From positions 1 to 64,000 of the IMG/VR virus record IMGVR_UViG_3300040758_000047: a stretch of DNA of 64,000 bases. The stretch is one strand, 5' to 3'. Numbering within the stretch: position 1 is the stretch's first letter; every line of letters begins with the position of its first letter. The notes beneath the pieces are model-generated. The model saw nothing but the letters and a program-made list of their open reading frames with translations, ran no database searches and was not told the origin of the DNA. This document shows, piece by piece, positions 19,918 to 29,899 of this stretch. The stretch is from a virus. The translations under genes and the position numbers were made by a program.

Positions 19918-22900
19918 GGGTGTACGATGGTGAGCCGCGCGCTCAGCAGCGACGCGGTAGCCGAAGAACCGAGCGTATCGGAACCGTTGCGGTAGATCCT
20001 GCCGAATAGCATCGGCCCTGGCGTGCCTGCAACGCAAGCGCTGGGCAGCGTGAGGGTCTGCGGCCCAATGGCGTTCGAATAGCTCGCCGTAGTCTGCGCG
20101 GTGCTGGTGTACGACCGCGCCGAATCCCAAGCGGGATCGAGGCTCGCGCCTGTCGCGGGAACACAGGCCAATTGCAGATACCACGTGGCCGCACCGCTGG
20201 TCGCCGTGGTCAACCACTCCAGATCGAAGGTCACTGAGGTCCAGGAGTTTGAAAGCTGCGTCTGAAAGACCACCGCTGCCTGCGTTCCAGTCGCCGCGCC
20301 AAGGAAATCTACCTGGCCGAAAATGTTGTTGGTGAGTCCTGCGTGGGGGTTGAATTGCACCTGGTTCGTCCCGGCCGCGAAAGAGAAATTGCAGCCCGCC
20401 ACTCCCAGTTGCGAGAGACACTTGAACTCGCGCAGATCTGTCGTAGTGCTGACGGGGATCTCCGCACTCACGTTTGAGCCGCTCACTTGGAACGTGGCGT
20501 TTTGATAACCGGATGCCGCCGCTGGAGTCGTGCCGTTGAAGTTCGGCGACGTTACAGCGGAGCCATTCACGTTAACACTTCCGCCTCCTCCGCCTCCACC
20601 ACTTCCGCCTCCGCATACAGCCGCTCCAGCTACCCACGTGACATCCGAGCCGGTGCCCGAGGTGGAACATGCCCCAATCGTACAGTTCGAACAGTACATC
20701 TTCGAGCCGTTGCCGATCTGCCCGTTGGCGGTCAATTGGCTGATCTGCGAGTAGGTCTGCGGCTGGTAGGAGTGGACAAAGATTTTCCCTGGATTCCCCT
20801 CGCTGTTCATGTTCCAGGCAAGTGCTCCGTTCGTGATGGTGCTCGTAAGGTTGTCGAACTCGCCGATGGTGCCGATGCCGTACTCGAAGATCTTATAGCC
20901 GGTCGGCGTGGATTGGTCATCGAGAATCGTAAGATTGCGGACGTGGAACTCGGTTGTAACACCGAGAGCGAGCGCATAGTTTGGGCCGCCGTAGAATGAA
21001 CCTGCCCCAGCACCCCACTTTCTGGCCACGTCTCGCAGCGTCAGGCCGTTGACACTTACCAGGCCGCTCGATGTTTCCGACAGCCCAATGTCGTCCAGAT
21101 TCTCAAAGTAACTATTGGACACTTCGAGGCGGTTCACGTAGGCATTCACCCCATAGGACGGACCACCGGAAATCGTCACGTTGCTCAGTTGGAGGGTGGA
21201 GGTGTTCCCAATTGCAGCCCAGTCCACAATTCCTCCCATCATCGACTGCGGATTCGTGGAAAGAATTTGCACGTTCGTCATCTGAACGAACGGGTTACTT
21301 CCAAGATAAAAATTCGCGGTGCATCCCAACCACCGGCATTGAGGTCCTGCCATCCCACCGCCCCGGATAATAATATTAGAATAAGAAATGCTGGAGTTGG
21401 TCGGATTGTACGGCGCCTGACGCACCGGATCGTCCACCATGCCCTCTAGTAGTCCATTGCTCCATGCCACGTTACTAAGTTGGGTCGTGTCGATATTTTC
21501 ACCGTTCTTGACGGTGAAATTGCTGACCGTCGCGCCGCGCTCCTGATCTATCCCGCCAGGAGCGTTGTGGATTGAGATCGATTCATCACTTGAGTTGGTC
21601 ACCTGGAGATCCGAGGCGACTAGATCGACATCACCATTGGAGAGTAGACAACCCGCTACATTCAAACATTGCACACCCTGAATCAACGGGTGATCGTTGA
21701 ATTGACTAATCAGGACGTTCCCAGTGCCACCCGTGCTGCGAAAGTTCGTGACGGTCGGGTAATAGGCATCCTGGATCTGGAAGGCCAACGGAGCCTCAGA
21801 TGTGACCACCGCGCGCGTCGTCCAAACCCATAATCCATCCACCGTCCAGTTGGTAAACTTGGCCCGCGTGCCGCCTTCGAAGTAAAATCCATCGGCGTTT
21901 TGTTGATTGTCGAGCACGAAACGAGCTCCGCCAGACATCGCCCACTCCTGAGAGAATCCGGTACAGGTTGCAATGTGGAATGGAGCCGATGCTGGTGTGT
22001 AAATATGATAATCGCCATCTGGCATATAAATGCTGGTGCCTAGCGAACAAGCGGCGGCAACTGCGGCTGAATTGTCTGGAGCATATTGATAGGTCGCTCC
22101 CGCCGGGAAATCGGGTGAGAAGGACGGACTCACCGTAAGCGTCGTGTTGTTCGTCACGCTCTGGACTACGCTTCGCTGCGGGTGGTGCTGGTAGGTCCAG
22201 CCCGCACCGATCAGCACAGCGGTGTCGGCGCAGGTCCCGTTGGACACTCCCGAGGTCGCAAAGGTGAACGTCTTCGGGTAATCGCCAGTACCCACGCCGG
22301 TGATCGTGTGTGCGCCATTCATGTCGGCGCACGTCCCGGTCGAGCCGTTCACGTAGTAGACCGAATCGCCGACCGTGAACCCAGGCCATTGAAGTGACGT
22401 ACAGGTGGCCACGTTGGAAGTGATCGAGCAACTGAGGTGAGGGGTCGGCGTCACACCGCTGAGAGTGATCGAGTCGGACGCGTAAAACCCATTTGCCACG
22501 CCGCTGGTGGTGATTTCAAAGTTATAGCTTGATGTGGGATCGTTCGTGAAAAACGCTGGCTCGTTGGTGATCGAGTAGGTCCCGTTCAAGGAGCTATTGC
22601 CGGTGCCAGCGATGGTGACGTTGGCTCCGCTCGCCAGTCCATGCGGACTGTTGCAAGTGACGTACCCGACGTTCGCCGCAACCACTATGTTGCAGGCGTA
22701 CTGACCCGCGCCGACTTGCGGGTACATCGTGTGCTGCGTGGTGACGTGATAGGTGTCCACCACCTGGTAGATGGTCCAGCATTGGCCGGGGGCATTGTTG
22801 AGGGTGCCCCCGTAGATCGTCGAGCAGATAACGTCGCCTTTGCTCAACCCGGTGGTGGTCGCGCCGCCGAAGAAAGTGACAATTGAGCCGATGGACTGGA

Positions 22901-23954
22901 TGCCCAATTCGTCCGGGCCGCTGGGCTGGCTGGTGATGTAGCCCGTTCCCGAGTGAACGGTGTCGTAAACGATGATCGGCTGATTAGCCGAAAACAACGT
23001 CGTGAAGGAGGTCCCTGTTCCGGTGACGGTAGCACCGCTTGTTGCCACCGTCCCGAGTCCGGCGAGCGCCGCTTGTCCGCCGACAATTGCCGAGGTGAAA
23101 CTCGTAGGAGAGCTGGAGGTTTTGCCGCCCTGTCCGGGGCACCCCGAGGTGGTGTCGTTTCCGCTGGCGTCCAAACATAGCGGGGTGCCTGCCGACCCCG
23201 ACACTGTTCCCGCCATTTGAACTTTATTCGTATACGTTCCCTGCGAGTTACCATTGAGCAAATTGGCAAGTCCGCTCGCCGCAGTGGTACCACCCGTGCC
23301 GCCCTGGCCTACGAGTAACGGAAAACTAAGGACGAAGCACCCCGAGGTGGTGTCGTTTCCGCTGGCGTCCAAACATAGCGGGGTGCCTGCCGACCCCGAC
23401 ACTGTTCCCGCCATTTGAACTTTATTCGTATACGTTCCCTGCGAGTTACCGCTCAAGAGATTTGCGAGTCCTGTGGCGGCGGTAGTCCCCCCGGTTCCTC
23501 CCTGAGCAAGGGTTAACGGAAAACTAAATGCCCCTACTCCGGTTGAAAAGAAGGGGGTTCGCAGGGCCGTGTAAGTCACCACGGCATTGCCAGTGATTGC
23601 AATCTGGATGTACTTGTGGTTCCCGTTTCCGTAGGCGATAGGCGGGCTGCTCGATTGAGTTATCTGTGAGGCCGTCCCATAACTCGTCCATGGACCCGAA
23701 CAGGATACATCGGAGTAATTGAGGGCAACGGTCCAAGTGCCAGACCCGGAGACAACGCCAACAGAGTGGTAATAGTTGGAGCGTGAAATTGCCGACACAT
23801 TGGACACCACACCAGGGCATCCAGGGATTTCTCCCGCCCAGCTAGAACTGATTCCGTAGATGACCGTTTGCAGGACAGCCTGTTGCACGGACTGTGCGAA
23901 CAGAAGTCCCACGTGGGACGCCGCGAGGAGGGATATCAGGGCAAGTTTGCGCAT
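19914..23954 (-). CDS. tailspike/fibre-like protein with a pectin-lyase-like beta-helix and signal peptide
   Basis: AGGAG RBS; MRKLALISLLAA..LFAQ; DNSAAVAAA..IYMPDGDY beta-helix cap; GGTGGTTAA fibre repeats. Confidence 0.72.
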   Translation of the reverse strand: MRKLALISLLAASHVGLLFAQSVQQAVLQTVIYGISSSWAGEIPGCPGVVSNVSAISRSNYYHSVGVVSGSGTWTVALNYSDVSCSGPWTSYGTASQITQSSSPPIAYGNGNHKYIQIAITGNAVVTYTALRTPFFSTGVGAFSFPLTLAQGGTGGTTAATGLANLLSGNSQGTYTNKVQMAGTVSGSAGTPLCLDASGNDTTSGCFVLSFPLLVGQGGTGGTTAASGLANLLNGNSQGTYTNKVQMAGTVSGSAGTPLCLDASGNDTTSGCPGQGGKTSSSPTSFTSAIVGGQAALAGLGTVATSGATVTGTGTSFTTLFSANQPIIVYDTVHSGTGYITSQPSGPDELGIQSIGSIVTFFGGATTTGLSKGDVICSTIYGGTLNNAPGQCWTIYQVVDTYHVTTQHTMYPQVGAGQYACNIVVAANVGYVTCNSPHGLASGANVTIAGTGNSSLNGTYSITNEPAFFTNDPTSSYNFEITTSGVANGFYASDSITLSGVTPTPHLSCSITSNVATCTSLQWPGFTVGDSVYYVNGSTGTCADMNGAHTITGVGTGDYPKTFTFATSGVSNGTCADTAVLIGAGWTYQHHPQRSVVQSVTNNTTLTVSPSFSPDFPAGATYQYAPDNSAAVAAACSLGTSIYMPDGDYHIYTPASAPFHIATCTGFSQEWAMSGGARFVLDNQQNADGFYFEGGTRAKFTNWTVDGLWVWTTRAVVTSEAPLAFQIQDAYYPTVTNFRSTGGTGNVLISQFNDHPLIQGVQCLNVAGCLLSNGDVDLVASDLQVTNSSDESISIHNAPGGIDQERGATVSNFTVKNGENIDTTQLSNVAWSNGLLEGMVDDPVRQAPYNPTNSSISYSNIIIRGGGMAGPQCRWLGCTANFYLGSNPFVQMTNVQILSTNPQSMMGGIVDWAAIGNTSTLQLSNVTISGGPSYGVNAYVNRLEVSNSYFENLDDIGLSETSSGLVSVNGLTLRDVARKWGAGAGSFYGGPNYALALGVTTEFHVRNLTILDDQSTPTGYKIFEYGIGTIGEFDNLTSTITNGALAWNMNSEGNPGKIFVHSYQPQTYSQISQLTANGQIGNGSKMYCSNCTIGACSTSGTGSDVTWVAGAAVCGGGSGGGGGGGSVNVNGSAVTSPNFNGTTPAAASGYQNATFQVSGSNVSAEIPVSTTTDLREFKCLSQLGVAGCNFSFAAGTNQVQFNPHAGLTNNIFGQVDFLGAATGTQAAVVFQTQLSNSWTSVTFDLEWLTTATSGAATWYLQLACVPATGASLDPAWDSARSYTSTAQTTASYSNAIGPQTLTLPSACVAGTPGPMLFGRIYRNGSDTLGSSATASLLSARLTIVHP
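23139..23450. repeat. 114-bp identical direct repeat (23139-23252 and 23337-23450), 198-nt period
   Basis: Direct comparison; encodes GNSQGTYTNKVQMAGTVSGSAGTPLCLDASGNDTTSGC twice. Confidence 0.92.
23906..23919. promoter_or_regulatory. parS-like palindromic site (perfect)
   Basis: GTCCCACGTGGGAC. Confidence 0.75.
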
Positions 23955-24004
23955 CGGCACTCCTGTCTCACGGCGAGAGGGAAGCGCCTGAAATCAGTAT
24001 ACTT

Positions 24005-24748
24005 CTATCCTTTATCCTCTGGTAGGGGGATTTCGCCCGTGATGGCTTGGAGTGCCGAGATCGTTTCCCGATACTGCGCATGGGAGAATGCCGCTGCCTG
24101 CGCATTCTTCAGTTCATTATCCCCGCTATAGACCCGCTCGTGGATGCCCCAAAGAAGCCCTACGAGGGCTATGTCGTCCGGCAGCAGGGGAATTGTATCG
24201 TTCACCGTCGCCATCTGCGTGTTGGTCTTTCTGGTGCCCACAATGGTCAATCCCCGGTGCTGATCGGGAGTCCACACCACGCTATTTCCATCCGTGATGC
24301 TGAACGAGTCGTATTGCCCATGTGGAGGGTCTGGCTCATTCGGGCCTGGGATGTAAACAGAGTCGTAGTTTGGAGCCGGAGCCAAGCCGATAGTCTTCGG
24401 AGGCAGGTTGTCGGTGTAGTACCCAATGGGTATATCCAACTCGCGCCGCCATCCTCTTCTCGTGTTGTTCATGTCGGAAACGGTAACTTTCGGCAGCCAC
24501 CGACCCGCAAGAAAGACCTGCTCGATCGCCATAATGTCGTCAGGGACGGTGTAGGTCGGGACGCCCGCGAACACCGACATGGTCCACACGCGCTTGATAC
24601 AGCCGGTTTGTTTGAGGAAATCGAGGAGGGTCAGATTGGCAAGATCCAAGAATTGAGCTGGCGTAATGCAACCAAGAACAAGACCGTTTGGTGGATCTTC
24701 TAAATAGTCGTAGCAAAGTCGATTATAGATGTCGGTCAGCGTTGCCAT
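24005..24748 (-). CDS. head-tail adaptor-like protein
   Basis: YTVPDD..P.GYY..IGLAPAP pattern of podovirus adaptors. Confidence 0.6.
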   Translation of the reverse strand: MATLTDIYNRLCYDYLEDPPNGLVLGCITPAQFLDLANLTLLDFLKQTGCIKRVWTMSVFAGVPTYTVPDDIMAIEQVFLAGRWLPKVTVSDMNNTRRGWRRELDIPIGYYTDNLPPKTIGLAPAPNYDSVYIPGPNEPDPPHGQYDSFSITDGNSVVWTPDQHRGLTIVGTRKTNTQMATVNDTIPLLPDDIALVGLLWGIHERVYSGDNELKNAQAAAFSHAQYRETISALQAITGEIPLPEDKG

Positions 24749-24990
24749 CAGGACTCACCTGGTTCGATCTCTCGGCTTTCCTCGATCCGTTCGATCAAGT
24801 CGTCGGCCTCTTCCTCAGAACAGTCCGTCGTCTTCCCCCAGCCGTCATAGAACCCTTCGTCAGTGAACCAGTGCTCCAATCCTGTTGCATCCGTGAGATG
24901 ATTCAGAACCTTCCCCAAGGACGCGCTGACGGGAGGCACTAAGGTTAGGATTTCAATCATTCCGCTTTCCCACTGAACACGCAGCTTCAT
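24748..24990 (-). CDS. hypothetical protein
   Basis: Short acidic ORF coupled to the next gene. Confidence 0.5.
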   Translation of the reverse strand: MKLRVQWESGMIEILTLVPPVSASLGKVLNHLTDATGLEHWFTDEGFYDGWGKTTDCSEEEADDLIERIEESREIEPGES

Positions 24991-25021
24991 GCTGCTTCGC
25001 TCCATACTGGAAGTGCTTGCT

Positions 25022-25687
25022 TCACAACGAACCTTTCCCCTCAGCGGGCTCAAGTTCCTTGGCCAGGAAATAGCGAGGGAATACCACAGACTCATACAGG
25101 AGCATCGCTTTTATACCCCGCACGAATTCTTGGTACACAAGGCTGGCCGCATTGAACGGCGCTCCCACCTCCTTCAACATGATTCTTCCGCGCACATATT
25201 TGACTAGTACTTCCGCCAGTTCGTCATTCAGATCCACCACGTCTCCAGCGTTCACCAGCGGCGTTATGGGGGCCACTCCCTGGACTTCCAGCAGCCCGCC
25301 TCCATTCGCGTCCAAGGGGTGAATCCCGAAGACAGTCAATCCCAAAGGGAACCAGCGGGCTACCTGACCTTCCCATTGGTTTGAATCCACGGCCCAGTTC
25401 CGAAATCTCTGCGCGAGTTTGGCGAGGCTGTATTTTTCCAATTCCTGCTCTTCGTAGTAAACCTTCGTCGGGATCAAGATACCAGAAGGGATCGAGTAGA
25501 GCAGTTGGTTGGCAACGGTGAATCCGGGGACTGGTATGGTGTTCTGGTTCCAGCCGACCAAAAGGTTAGTGCGTCTAAGGACCTCGTTTAAGATTGACGT
25601 GACCTGCGCAGGCACATAGAGGCCAGTGTTATTGTCCAACCCGTCCCATACGAGTTGCTGAAGCGTACTGAGGGTGAACGTGGGCAC
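25022..25687 (-). CDS. head-tail adaptor-like protein (paralogue)
   Basis: TLSTL..LYSIPS..FGIHP pattern resembling 24005-24748. Confidence 0.6.
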   Translation of the reverse strand: MPTFTLSTLQQLVWDGLDNNTGLYVPAQVTSILNEVLRRTNLLVGWNQNTIPVPGFTVANQLLYSIPSGILIPTKVYYEEQELEKYSLAKLAQRFRNWAVDSNQWEGQVARWFPLGLTVFGIHPLDANGGGLLEVQGVAPITPLVNAGDVVDLNDELAEVLVKYVRGRIMLKEVGAPFNAASLVYQEFVRGIKAMLLYESVVFPRYFLAKELEPAEGKGSL

Positions 25688-25912
25688 CTAATTCCTCACC
25701 CCTTCGTAAAGTCCGGGAACATGGTCCGGTTCTGAGTACTCTCGGAGGTCCGCAGAGTGGTGGATCACTGCTGGCGGATTCAGTTCCTCATCTACGAACG
25801 GCAGGCATTGGCAATGTCTTGAGCGAGCATGAACCATCCAGTCATCGACGGGAACAATGTGGTTTTCGTTTTCCACAACCCACACTTCCCAACCTGAATT
25901 TGACTGGCTCAC
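25688..25912 (-). CDS. hypothetical protein (His/Cys motif)
   Basis: HIVP.DD..H...C.C.P..HHS.D.RE. Confidence 0.6.
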   Translation of the reverse strand: MSQSNSGWEVWVVENENHIVPVDDWMVHARSRHCQCLPFVDEELNPPAVIHHSADLREYSEPDHVPGLYEGVRN

Positions 25913-25918
25913 GTAGGC

Positions 25919-26137
25919 TCACCGCCTTGTTGCGCCGCGCTTCCTTTTCCGGTGCTGCGCCGCCCGCTTGAAGTTCTCGGCCATAACAGCCTTACGCTTT
26001 GCTAGCCCACCCTTGCGTTTCGCTGCCGCGATCTTGGAACGAGTCGCCTTACCAAAGCTCCCAACGGTTCCGCGTTTCTCCATGGATTCGCGGGCTGCCT
26101 GCATCCACTTGCCGCGCTTCTTGCTCTTGCGTGCCAT
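25919..26137 (-). CDS. small basic protein
   Basis: GGGAGG RBS; very K/R-rich. Confidence 0.7.
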   Translation of the reverse strand: MARKSKKRGKWMQAARESMEKRGTVGSFGKATRSKIAAAKRKGGLAKRKAVMAENFKRAAQHRKRKRGATRR

Positions 26138-26170
26138 GCTTCCTCCCTGATCTCACGGCAGTTCAGAGAG

Positions 26171-26449
26171 TCAATCACAGACCGAATCGCCGCTCCTAAA
26201 GGTCCCTCCGCCGCGAGTCTTTCGTTTTGCCATGACGCCGATAGCCTTCCAGTCATGTTTGCGTTGCTTGATTTCGGCGTCGGTAGGCGGAGTCCAATGG
26301 CCAAGTTGAGCAGGGCCGTTGAATATCACCTTGTCTCGGTCCTCGATCCGTTGCTTGGCTTGCATCGCCGCCTGGTCTGGTCCTTTCAGATTCTTGCCGT
26401 AAAGCGGCGTCAGATGGCTGATGTGCCGTTCGAAATTTGCTTGTCCCAT
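26171..26449 (-). CDS. hypothetical protein
   Basis: GAGG RBS; in operon. Confidence 0.6.
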   Translation of the reverse strand: MGQANFERHISHLTPLYGKNLKGPDQAAMQAKQRIEDRDKVIFNGPAQLGHWTPPTDAEIKQRKHDWKAIGVMAKRKTRGGGTFRSGDSVCD

Positions 26450-26454
26450 AATGG

Positions 26455-26718
26455 TTATCCTCTTTCCGATGTCCCCAGCGCACGCAAGACGTAAACGGCT
26501 TCGTCGGCCATGTAGTGCTTAGCCATAAATGCTGCCAGTCGATTGGCTATCGTCCCGATGCTTTCCGAAGCGACTCCATTTACATAGGGGATTCTCTTTA
26601 TCCCTCGGCGATTAGGCATAGCCACCAATTGGGACATGGCCCGACTGTCGGTACGGATGTAGCGGTACTTTTCGTTCTCGGCAACCGTTTCCGATTTACA
26701 CTCCGCGCTTCGTCCCAC
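26455..26718 (-). CDS. hypothetical protein
   Basis: AGGAGG RBS; GTG start lies inside a palindromic site. Confidence 0.6.
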   Translation of the reverse strand: MGRSAECKSETVAENEKYRYIRTDSRAMSQLVAMPNRRGIKRIPYVNGVASESIGTIANRLAAFMAKHYMADEAVYVLRALGTSERG

Positions 26719-26725
26719 GTTGAAC
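26712..26725. promoter_or_regulatory. parS-like palindromic site over a start codon
   Basis: GTCCCACGTTGAAC. Confidence 0.7.
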
Positions 26726-26763
26726 CTCCTAACTTGATTGTACCGAAACGCACGACACGGCTC

Positions 26764-27942
26764 CTAGTACGCACCCGGTTGATAGGCTGCATGATTGACA
26801 TACCAGTTCCACGTCGGAGCGAATTGATTCATCTGTAATCTGTAATCCTGAAGGTCAGTAAGATAACGACCCTGATCGCTCTGGATCGCATTTTCCATCA
26901 GGCGCTCGAATTCTTTTTCCCAATACATCGCTCCCTGCGGATCATTAAAAGGGTCCTTTGATCTGTCGTTGGGGATGACACGAGTCCGAAGACAATCAGC
27001 CACGGCTCCGGCGATAAAGATTTGCGGGTTAAGAAACGGAGGGAGCATGTCATTTGGCTGTTTTAGAGTAGGCCACCCGTCTTCGTACACAACCCCGATA
27101 CCGTATGCGCCGGTTTGTATCGGCCAGATGGCCCACTGCATACAACCACCTGGGTCTGGAGGCATACTTATCAGTTCCTCCGGGTTTCCGCCCTGCTGTA
27201 GTTGAGGATCTTGGAATGCTAGCCAGTCGCTAGTCTTCCCTATCCCGACCACGTTCCCCGCGATCGCATCGTAAGCGTACAACATTCGTCTGGCCGTTGA
27301 ACTCGGGATCGTTGATCCGGCAGGTATAGGCTTAGCGTAAAGCATGAAAATGTAGTACGTGATCCCCGTCTGTGGAACCCCACCATACGGCATGTCCGTT
27401 TGAAGCGTTGTACTTGAAGTCACTGCTTGAACGGTCGGCACGTATGTTCCAGTGTTCAACTGAAGCCCCGCCAAACTCGATGCCTGCAACGTCACGCCAG
27501 TTGCGTGAGGATATTGGCAATACGCCGTGAATTTATTTCCCCTGATGCTCTGGACACTAATTACTTCGGTGCTCGCGGGAGTTCCCTGATCCAGCAGGAG
27601 ATACATGCCCTGGTTAATCCCGGTAAGCGAACCTGGTTGAATTTCCACGTACCCCGGTGAGTCGGTGATCGGAGTCGCCAAGACCGTATTCACAGCGTCG
27701 TTTACTGGCCAGTTCGTCCCAACCCCCACAACTTGATTAGAGCCTGAGGTGAGAGTCAGAGTCCCTCCGTCGTTATACTGGGCGGGGACCACCATGATCC
27801 CCATACGCATCAGGTCCGACCAGTTATGCGCATCAACTACATTGGAGATTCTGCGATTGATGAGATTCTTGACTAGCGTTTCTGGACGGGGACAGATTTC
27901 CCTGACTTGGCCCTGCGCATCCCATAGCGAGATTCCCGACAT
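26764..27942 (-). CDS. adaptor/tail-tubular-A-like structural protein with inserted beta domain
   Basis: LINR..W pattern at the N-terminus, IWP..and helical C-terminus; inserted GSNQVVGVGTNW module. Confidence 0.55.
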   Translation of the reverse strand: MSGISLWDAQGQVREICPRPETLVKNLINRRISNVVDAHNWSDLMRMGIMVVPAQYNDGGTLTLTSGSNQVVGVGTNWPVNDAVNTVLATPITDSPGYVEIQPGSLTGINQGMYLLLDQGTPASTEVISVQSIRGNKFTAYCQYPHATGVTLQASSLAGLQLNTGTYVPTVQAVTSSTTLQTDMPYGGVPQTGITYYIFMLYAKPIPAGSTIPSSTARRMLYAYDAIAGNVVGIGKTSDWLAFQDPQLQQGGNPEELISMPPDPGGCMQWAIWPIQTGAYGIGVVYEDGWPTLKQPNDMLPPFLNPQIFIAGAVADCLRTRVIPNDRSKDPFNDPQGAMYWEKEFERLMENAIQSDQGRYLTDLQDYRLQMNQFAPTWNWYVNHAAYQPGAY

Positions 27943-27945
27943 CGG

Positions 27946-28230
27946 TTACTTCCTTGGGGGCCAAAACCACTTCCCCGGTTCGGGGGATTCGGAATACTGA
28001 ACTGAAGTTTTCCAAACCAGCCCAAGAGGTTGCGGGGTGGCGCTCGCGTAGCTGTAGAACCCGTTGTTGGACCAGTCGGGGAAGACGCTCAGGTTGACCG
28101 TTCCTGTGTCTTGGACCACGGATACCACCATGGCCGCGACTACTTCTCCGGCATGATGTTTCTGGTCCGGCCTGAGGTCCTGTTCTTGAATGCAATAGTA
28201 AACGATCCGTCCGATGACCAGCCCGTCCAT
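27946..28230 (-). CDS. conserved small phage protein
   Basis: GRIVYY..AAMV..VNLSVF..G.W.WPP pattern; AGGAG RBS. Confidence 0.7.
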   Translation of the reverse strand: MDGLVIGRIVYYCIQEQDLRPDQKHHAGEVVAAMVVSVVQDTGTVNLSVFPDWSNNGFYSYASATPQPLGLVWKTSVQYSESPEPGKWFWPPRK

Positions 28231-28279
28231 TGAATACTCCTAAGCGAAGCGTATCACTAATTTACAGGGAAATGAAGGG

Positions 28280-28293
28280 GCCCAACGTGGGAC
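28280..28293. promoter_or_regulatory. parS-like palindromic site
   Basis: GCCCAACGTGGGAC. Confidence 0.7.
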
Positions 28294-28516
28294 TATAAGC
28301 CTTTGTCGAACATCGCTGGGTTTACTTTCCTGTCTCCAGAAGGCTTATGCCATGGTCCATCAGGTGAGCGGTCCTTTAATCTCCGCCATGCTCCACACAC
28401 GTAACACCACATCGCTAAACCTCCAAGGATAATCCAGCAGTTCCTTTCGTGACGACAATACTGCCTTCTCCTGCAAGCCATATTATCCCCTGCCAAACGC
28501 GCGTACCCCTTGAAGA

Positions 28517-28798
28517 CTACTCCACGAAGCCGTAGAGTGGTTCAATTTTGACGTTCAAGGCGTTCTGAAACGTCCCAGTCGCTTTGCCACCTGCTCCGTA
28601 GATAGCGCTCTGGTAACCTCCCGCCGTCACAGCGACGGCGGAACTTGGATCTTGCGCTGCAAGACACGCCGCGATCAGCGCCGCCGCCGCCTGTCTGACT
28701 GTTTCTTCTGGCTCGACACACGGGTTCTTGGCGAACTGCGTGGCGAGTTTGGCAGCTACCGGAATTGGTCTGCCAACACTGCTTACTCCCCAAGACAT
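28517..28798 (-). CDS. hypothetical protein
   Basis: AAGGAG RBS before MSWGVS. Confidence 0.65.
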   Translation of the reverse strand: MSWGVSSVGRPIPVAAKLATQFAKNPCVEPEETVRQAAAALIAACLAAQDPSSAVAVTAGGYQSAIYGAGGKATGTFQNALNVKIEPLYGFVE

Positions 28799-28817
28799 AT
28801 TGTTTCTCCTTTGTTTT

Positions 28818-29183
28818 TTAGATGCTCCTGCCGATGCCCGGGATAACCCCACTGAACTCCGGCAAGACCTTTCCGTCTCCTTCCATCATTGCCCACAAAT
28901 GCAAACAGTGCGCATGGATGTTGACGTAATTCTCCTCTGGCGGGAAGACCGCGTAAGCATAGAGGTCACTGCCTATAAAAGCGTTCTTGATCTTCACGGT
29001 GTCATCGTGGTTTGGTGTCCAAGACTTGCGAGAATAAGACACATGTAGCCATTGGCGACCATCCTCTTTCTCTTCGCAGTCCACCAGGACCCGTAACCCG
29101 CCATCTTTCTCGCGAACGGCATAGCCGTCTCCCCACTTCTGGATGACCTCCCATCCTTTTGGGCACTCGAATTTCCAGTCCAA
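28818..29183 (-). CDS. conserved phage protein (W.HVS.S...P...YVNIH..CLHLW family)
   Basis: Characteristic motif; TTG start at 29183 overlaps a palindromic site. Confidence 0.65.
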   Translation of the reverse strand: MDWKFECPKGWEVIQKWGDGYAVREKDGGLRVLVDCEEKEDGRQWLHVSYSRKSWTPNHDDTVKIKNAFIGSDLYAYAVFPPEENYVNIHAHCLHLWAMMEGDGKVLPEFSGVIPGIGRSI

Positions 29184-29191
29184 CGTGGGAC
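29178..29191. promoter_or_regulatory. parS-like palindromic site over a start codon
   Basis: GTCCAACGTGGGAC. Confidence 0.7.
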
Positions 29192-29194
29192 CCC

Positions 29195-29896
29195 CTATCT
29201 CTTTCCGATCACCATCTCCCCACCTGTGGGGATCGGCATCGTCTGCACGGCGCTTCGATCGTAGTCTGCATTCGTGACCTTGTGGGTTCGCAAATGGTAA
29301 CTCTCGATTAGGGGAGAGATGTAGGTCTTGATCCCCAACCTCCGCAGGCGTATAAAGAGCGAGAAGTCCTCGGACCATTGGCCGATGATGTCGAACGGCT
29401 GTTCCCCTAATTCGTTCTGAATCCGGTCGAATACCCGGCGTTTTACCAACAGGCATCCGGCCCCCACACACGATACTTGCTGGAGCATGGCGTTCCAGTC
29501 CAGTTCCGCGATGGTCACGAAGCCTTGGGTTTCTTCGTTCCAATGAAAGGCCACTGGGAGGTGAGGGTAGACCTTGTACCTATAGAGGGCCGAAAGCACT
29601 TCCACATCGCACTTCTTCATCAACTGAATCATACGAACCGCGATGTCGGGGTCAAAAGCATGATCGGTATCCAACATCAGCAGCCAGTCTCCCATCATCC
29701 CCTTCACAAGCTGATTTCTCGCGGAGGAATGGTAAGAAGTGCTCGGGGCCATCAAGTGAACATACTCACCGGGCTTACAAAGGAACTCGGAGTCGAACTG
29801 TATCATTTGGGCAAGGGACCAGCAGAACTCCCACGGCACCGAGGGAACGGATCCCATGATCCCAAGGGTCCCAATCGGCTTATTCATCAGCAGCAT
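29195..29896 (-). CDS. GT-A fold glycosyltransferase
   Basis: ARNQLV, LLMLDTD (DxD), GAGCLLVKRRVF and SEDFS. Confidence 0.85.
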   Translation of the reverse strand: MLLMNKPIGTLGIMGSVPSVPWEFCWSLAQMIQFDSEFLCKPGEYVHLMAPSTSYHSSARNQLVKGMMGDWLLMLDTDHAFDPDIAVRMIQLMKKCDVEVLSALYRYKVYPHLPVAFHWNEETQGFVTIAELDWNAMLQQVSCVGAGCLLVKRRVFDRIQNELGEQPFDIIGQWSEDFSLFIRLRRLGIKTYISPLIESYHLRTHKVTNADYDRSAVQTMPIPTGGEMVIGKR

Positions 29897-29899
29897 GGT

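Noticed and set aside
19918-20421. N-terminal extension of the 815-aa ORF
   Set aside because: Overlaps the upstream spike gene in another frame; ATG 19917 gives ATGA coupling and a signal peptide
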